From positions 25,896,299-25,960,298 of the forward strand of contig NC_134025.1 in NCBI RefSeq assembly GCF_964204645.1: DNA of 64,000 nt, given 5' to 3'. Below the pieces are notes generated by a model. That model saw only the letters and a program-made list of their open reading frames with translations, searched no databases and had not been told where the DNA came from. A program made the position numbers and the translations under genes. This stretch comes from Tubulanus polymorphus (lineage: Eukaryota > Animalia > Nemertea). Of the stretch, positions 57,701-64,000 are shown piece by piece; the stretch's first letter is position 1, and the number at the start of each line of letters is the position of its first letter.

Positions 57701-60700
57701 GACGGTTATTCGATTCGATTCGACTCGATTCGGGGTTTGTATCATAAACCATAATCCCCACAAAAAGTGTCGCAACTAAAAAATAGTTTACAACTGTGTA
57801 TAACTGTATAAGATTGGTATTGAATATATTTCAGAATATGCCGACAAGACGCAGAAACAAGAGTTTCTGAATGAAATCAAACTTATGAAAACTCTTGGTA
57901 GTCATTTGAATGTAGTAAGCATGGTTGGCTGTATAACAATTAACGAACCGTTGTGTTTGATCGTTGAACAACTTCCAAATGGAGACATGTTACATTATCT
58001 TCGGAAACACAGAGAATTTATACAACAGGTATAGCCTATGTGTAAATTTCATCGCAAAAATGCAGCTGAAAATTGGATATTTTTATTACATTTTCATTCA
58101 TTTGATTTTAATTTTCAGGGCGCACACGAAGATTACTATGAGAATGCGTGTAAACTCACATATTTGGATCTGCTATCATTTGCCAGACAGATAGCTAGAG
58201 GAATGGTAAGCTCGTAAGATGACTAACTCTTTTTTATCGATGCGATGATATCCATGAGCTCCAGGCAGTGCTGCCATCAGTCTGCACACTCAAGTACTAG
58301 AAAGAAAAACTTATTTACTTACCAATAATCGTAAATTGCCGAATATTTCATTTGAAAATCTTTTGAAACCAAAAGTAAATCTATGGAACGAAAAGGAAAA
58401 TTAACAAAAATTAAGTTCAAAAAATATATTTGTAGTATGGAGTTTTTATATACTTTTATATACGAATTAACATTGTTTCAGGAATTCCTATCACAAAAGG
58501 GATTCGTGCACCGAGATTTGGCGACCAGAAATATCTTGGTCGGAGAAGAGCGAACTGTGAAAATCGGGGATTTCGGTCTCACTCGTTATGTTTACGATGA
58601 CAAGGTCTATGTGAACAGGAAAGGAGGCAAACTCCCTTTGAAATGGATGTCAATCGAAGCGATATTTGATCTCACATTTTCAACTGCGAGTGATGTGTAA
58701 GCATTATATATCTATTTTGTTACAGTTAAAGGCCATAATTCTTATAATGGTGATGAATTAATGATTCTTATAAAAATAATAAGTTTTAGAAAAAATTATG
58801 GCTGTTCATATGCCTGACACACAATATGAGAAAGGTCTGTTGATTCTCAAAACTTACCAAAGATATTCTCCGAGGCATTTTCAGGGTATTCGTTCTTACT
58901 TGCACCACGTGAATGTATTTTTTCATAACTTCACGCAATTTCTAACATTTCCAGATGGGCGTTTGGTGTAGTATTGTTTGAGATAGTGACTTTAGGCGGT
59001 ACCCCATATCCGGCGATATCTAACCAGGATCTATTGAAGTTTCTCAAGCAAGGTTATCGCATGGAGAAACCTGATAACTGTGATGATGAATTGTAAGTGC
59101 AATTATATTTCATATGCAAGCTTACGATCACCCAACCTATTGCAATTGTTGAATATGAAACCCATTTTCAACAACTTTTGTGGCCTAATTTTTTTTCCGA
59201 ATGGAAAGGTTTATTTTTCGGTTTTATTATTTTTCTGCTATTTCAAAAATAGAAACTACTTCTGACGATGGTACACGCGTGGTTTATTAAGTCGGGGATT
59301 TGTTGACAGATGGCGTTAGGATAGATGGGAAACCCGTTCAGTTGGATGATAATTCCTCCACTGGACCATATTACATTTTGCCGTAATATGAATTGAAATC
59401 TTCAAGGTTCTACATGATAAATTTTCTTTTTTTATAGTAAGCTATTTAAGAAATTTTTGACAAATAATTAGTTTTAGCGAAATTTAAAACAATGGATCTT
59501 ATTTGCCGAAGCATATGTAGATGATGGGCAATACAGGAACAGATTGGCAGAAACAAATGGCTCTGACTGTAACATAAATCTTAGTACCACAACTTAAGTG
59601 CTCTGCTAAGTAAACATTATCTTAATTATCGAACTGTTACGTTTAACTACATCCACTGATATGCCTTTTCTTTCCAAAGTAGCCTGGTGTTGCAGGTATA
59701 TAAGGCAAATCTGAATACGAAAGCATTAATGTTAGCAGCTGTTATCGTGGTCTAAACACCTGATGGAAAATTTATCAGTTAATTGTATATACAACTTCAC
59801 CAGAATGTATCGTTGTGAAACTATGTAGGAAAAGCTGTCTCGGGGATTGATATATAACTCAATTAAAAGGCTTGGTTAAGTCCTGTTAGTCATTTTGTCG
59901 AATTGATTTTCATATCCCAAGATCTCACACCCGTACATGGTTATAGGAGCGACACACTCATCAAATGATTTAAACAAAATATTTTGGGCCGTGCCTAACA
60001 GTGCCGCCTAGTGGCCTTTAACCAAACCTATCAAATATCGCCGATATGGCGAGGTTTTATGTATTTTGTTCAAAATAAGTAGAAAATGTAATTAGAACAT
60101 GAAAACCTCTGTTTATATATAATTCATAATTCCGCCAACGGATTTCTCGTGTGAATTCAAACGTTCGACATAAATTATATATTTCAACCGTGAAAATGAA
60201 TTTACGATATTCTCAGTACAACTGAAATGTCTCATAAAGTAGATATATAATCGCTATTCGAAATAGCGCTATACAACGTCATCCCGCACGAAATAATCTA
60301 GACGTCACTTTGATATCATTAAATGTATTTTGATGTCATTTTGATAGCGATCTCAAACGTCGCAAATTCATTCAATTCTGATATAGCACCATTTTGATGA
60401 ATGCGATCTCGTAGGTGGCCAGCGGTTGGTATATCATTGGATATGATTGTCTTTAAAATCAGATAATACACGGTGGTCCCTATTAACGACTTTCAGAACA
60501 ACCGTGGATTTCACCCAAAAGACATGTAAATACAAACATTATCATTCCAAATAATGAAGAATTATATTGAATTGTCGTGAATGGGTTGAAAAAAGCGACA
60601 AATGTCTTATCATTTAGATCAGTAGTTTCGGCTATTGGTGGGTGGTGATCTGGCGTCTATCAAACGTGACACGGCAGATGGTCTTCGACAATCAAAACTT

Positions 60701-62776
60701 GAATTCAAAAGTAGATTATTTCGTGCTAAAACGTGTTGTACATGCTATTAGGGCCACCATAATTTCTAACCAATCTCCACGAGATGGCTGGGTGTAGTGA
60801 CGATTAATCTAATTTTTCGAATGATTTCTTTTCTAATACAAATGAACGTCGAAAAATCTTCTATGATCACGATACCTTTCATTGTATACAAGACGTATCA
60901 CGATGGTAGATAATTCATGATACCGTAATCGCTAATGTTTGTATTTATGGATAAAATTTGATGGTTTGACAATGTTGAACGTGTAAATTGCTGGAAACCA
61001 CCTCATGAGCTTATATCATCATTGGTATCTGTTAACGATTTCTGGTGCAGATGAAGGCATTGAAATCTTCCAGGTGATCAGATTGAAGAAACCACCTGTA
61101 AACAGTTTATATGAAACAGGTTTACAAACTTTATCCTCTTGGCTTTTAGATATATGAACACACGTGGGAATAATAGCCGTATATTTGATTCTCGTAAAAC
61201 ACGGGCTTTATTTCCATTGGCCAATGCGAATTAGTCATATCAAATACAAACGCATGGAAATCATCAAGCATTTTCTTACCTCGTAGATTTTGCGTCTAAG
61301 TTGAGTTTAATAACGTAAAAATTCATTCGGATAAAAGTCGATGTACTGATAATCTGACAAACACTCTTCTTTGAATTAACTATACAATATGTTAGAATTA
61401 CCAAATGCCGTTGAAGCAGACTAATGTTTTGGAATATCTATGCTGTAGAGTTGGCTTCAATTGTCTGTATTGCTATGTCATAATAGCTATTAGCTAATTG
61501 GTAAGATATACCGGACTTGTCAAACGCCACTTAGTAAAGCATACTTAGTTTTACGAGTTTAAGCCAGGTGTGAATTTCCTATCTTCCAGTTGTTAAGTTC
61601 AACCATATTGTGCGGCATGAAAAATAGAAATATTTGGCAGTTTCTCAATAATTGAGCGTTGTCTGAGAGAGAGGCGCAATACGCACGAGGATTCTCGACA
61701 GACAAAACCCGTGTTAAAGGTTAATGTATACATACTGGTTGATTAGTCCAATTTCTCTTTTTTCATTTTTATTTTGTTTTGATTTTTAGGGGTCATTACG
61801 TCCATATTTCGCGTATCAGTCAACTTGTTGTTTTCATATTACATATCCCCTCCCGTTATGTGGATCATTCGGATTATACTCGTGTATTTTTTCAAGATTA
61901 AATCTCGGTGTAAATATAGTAAAGGAATGCGCGGATATAAGCCAAGTAGCTGCTCATAATATACTGTCTAAAAATGAACTTCATCTGAACGAATTGTCAT
62001 AAAATGTTAGTTTGGGTCAACGTGATCTTTGTCGAATTTGTGCCGCAAAGACACATATAACTACAGAATGTTGTTTTGCTTAAAGCTGCCATTTTCTTCT
62101 AAGTAGGCCTATCTAATCATCGTTCAAATATTTCAGGTATGGCATCATGTATGACTGTTGGGCTCATAACGCTGAAGATCGTCCGAACTTCACCGAGTTA
62201 ATCATTCGCTTAGATTCGATGTTAGAAAGGTACAGCACAAGCGACTACTTAGACATAACGTTAGACGAAGCTCGAGATTATTACAGATGTCAAAATAACA
62301 GCGATGATGAAGATGATGAGACTGATGGTGATGGCGAAGATCCCGACGACGAAGTTGCTCAACATCGAGATAATAATTCGCACATGTCGCGGTTGTCCGT
62401 TTGGTCCGGCTCGTCAACTCTGACGGGACGGTCGGTCGACAGTGATGATCATTGCTCGCCATCGAAGCGATTGTTAACGAAAGCGGAAAGCATTTCTCCC
62501 GGTAGTTCGGGACGCGAAAGTATGGAAGCTAAAGATGACGACGAAGACATGGATGTGGACGGATCGGAGAAACCGGGTATCGTTTATACGCAGGTCATAA
62601 CGCGAGCGTCACGACCCAGCAGTAACACGCACGATTCGGGAAATGTCTCGTTTGAAATGGAAATGGATTTGAATTCGAATGGACCGGAAAGCACACAGTA
62701 TTTGATCCCGAAAGCTGTTATCGATGAGGGTACCGGCGCGGCTAAATGCACAAATTGGGAAGATGCATTCGTGTAA
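39716..62776 (+). CDS. Receptor tyrosine kinase: signal peptide, Cys-rich (CxxxC) N-domain, FN3-like repeats, TM, kinase, acidic/Ser-rich tail (torso/FGFR/RET-superfamily-like)
   Basis: Exons 39716-39913, 50433-50492, 52791-52839, 53668-53825, 54006-54141, 54211-54318, 54414-54514, 54657-54719, 54792-54855, 54961-55008, 55100-55308, 55415-55471, 55665-55758, 56561-56734, 56957-57149 ([23 protein letters not shown]), 57228-57448, 57835-58028, 58119-58205, 58482-58696, 58955-59092, 62137-62776. Motifs [53 protein letters not shown]...RPNF. The kinase portion is certain; linkage of exon 1 across a 10.5-kb intron is inferred. Confidence 0.88.
55846..55895. repeat. (TATCA)10 microsatellite
   Basis: Direct reading. 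Confidence 0.97.
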
Positions 62777-64000
62777 AATGTTAAAAAGGTCTCTACTACT
62801 CTACTTCTTGTCCTGTTTCAAAGAACATCGAATAAGTGATTCAGAATATTTGAAATATCGAATCAAATAATCGTATTTTATTGGAAAATATACAATTTTT
62901 TTGCCTCGAATCTAAAAACCTAATTTCATTTCGGAATATCTTTTCAAAGAAAAAACCAAAATTTACATTTTCGTGAACTCTAGAACTTTTTTTTATCAAA
63001 CAGAATCTCATTATCGATCATTTGTCCGCATATCTATATATCTAATAAATAATGTTGTTAGATTTTACAAGTAAAAGGTTTGTGATTGATAGCAAAAACT
63101 CTCTTGCTATAGTGTTAGTAGTATTTAAACATTATCAGGCAGCATTTCTGGAGATTTGCATTATATCTCATTTGGCTCTGTGAAGTTACATTTCAAATCT
63201 TTTTTCTGTGATTTCTGGAAATGGCGAAAACGCGTGCATCTTGAAATTAAGTTGTTGGAATGGATTTTGTTATTACTATAAGATTGGAAAGAAATATGGG
63301 TATAAATACTATTGACGACGGAAAACCAGGGAATGTATTGTGATTTAATCTGATCACCCATGTTTGATATTGTAACCAGTAATATGTTTGTTATCATCAA
63401 GGTTGATATCCATTTTATCTTCAGTGTCAGCATCCATCCATGCATCCCTTGAACATCAATACTGGATTGTTTCTATCTGGGCAGGCGTACTCAGGTTTTT
63501 TTTGTAAGGCTATTGATGGATGTTGACTGGGATTTAAATGTAGCCTACACAGCCCCGTTGCTCAATATTGTAAATAGTTCAATCGTGTAAATATGTTAAC
63601 GTACAATCAAACATCATATTGTTGACTGATTTGAAATATCTAAAAGATGAAAGATTTGAAGGGAAAACCGAATACCCAGGTTTCGCGTATTGAATAGAGA
63701 TATAAGCTCTTTGAACTCGTTTCCTCGATTGTTCAATGCCGAATAAATGGATGTAGCTTCGTTGACAGAGAGAGAGAGAGTGTTGGTGGGAAAAGTCTTA
63801 TGGCTGAGTAAACTGAATTTTTCATGTCCACTTTATGTTTCTTTCTATATCGAATGTTCTTAAAACTTATGGATGTTTTTATTATATGAAAATCCTAAAA
63901 TCGACTGAATCCTGTACTTACTGGTTCGGGCTGTTCAGAGACAAATCTAATCTGGAGAACATGTGCAATACTAAAAATTTTCATAAAACAAAAAATTATT

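Overview
AT-rich, intron-containing animal genomic DNA (probably an invertebrate bilaterian; the species cannot be fixed from sequence). I spliced five protein-coding genes by hand: AHSA1/Aha1 (minus strand, truncated at the left edge), an SLC22-family organic cation transporter (+), a MARK/Par-1 kinase (+, ~26 kb), PAXX (-), and a 21-exon receptor tyrosine kinase with a Cys-rich N-terminus and FN3-like repeats (+, torso/FGFR-superfamily-like). The most unusual structure is in MARK. It has two duplicated 100-nt mutually exclusive exons at the kinase/UBA junction (plus a possible third, 55-nt option), two complete alternative terminal exons each encoding a KA1 domain, and several frame-preserving cassette/microexon candidates surrounded by UGCAUG motifs. 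MARK intron 5 holds an apparently recent, 5'-truncated Penelope-like retroelement with a GIY-YIG remnant, an 84-bp perfect inverted repeat, a 15-bp flanking duplication and a minimal hammerhead ribozyme. There are also two probable GC-AG introns, several TA-flanked MITEs and long (TA)n microsatellites. All family assignments rest on recognised motifs; no database search was run.
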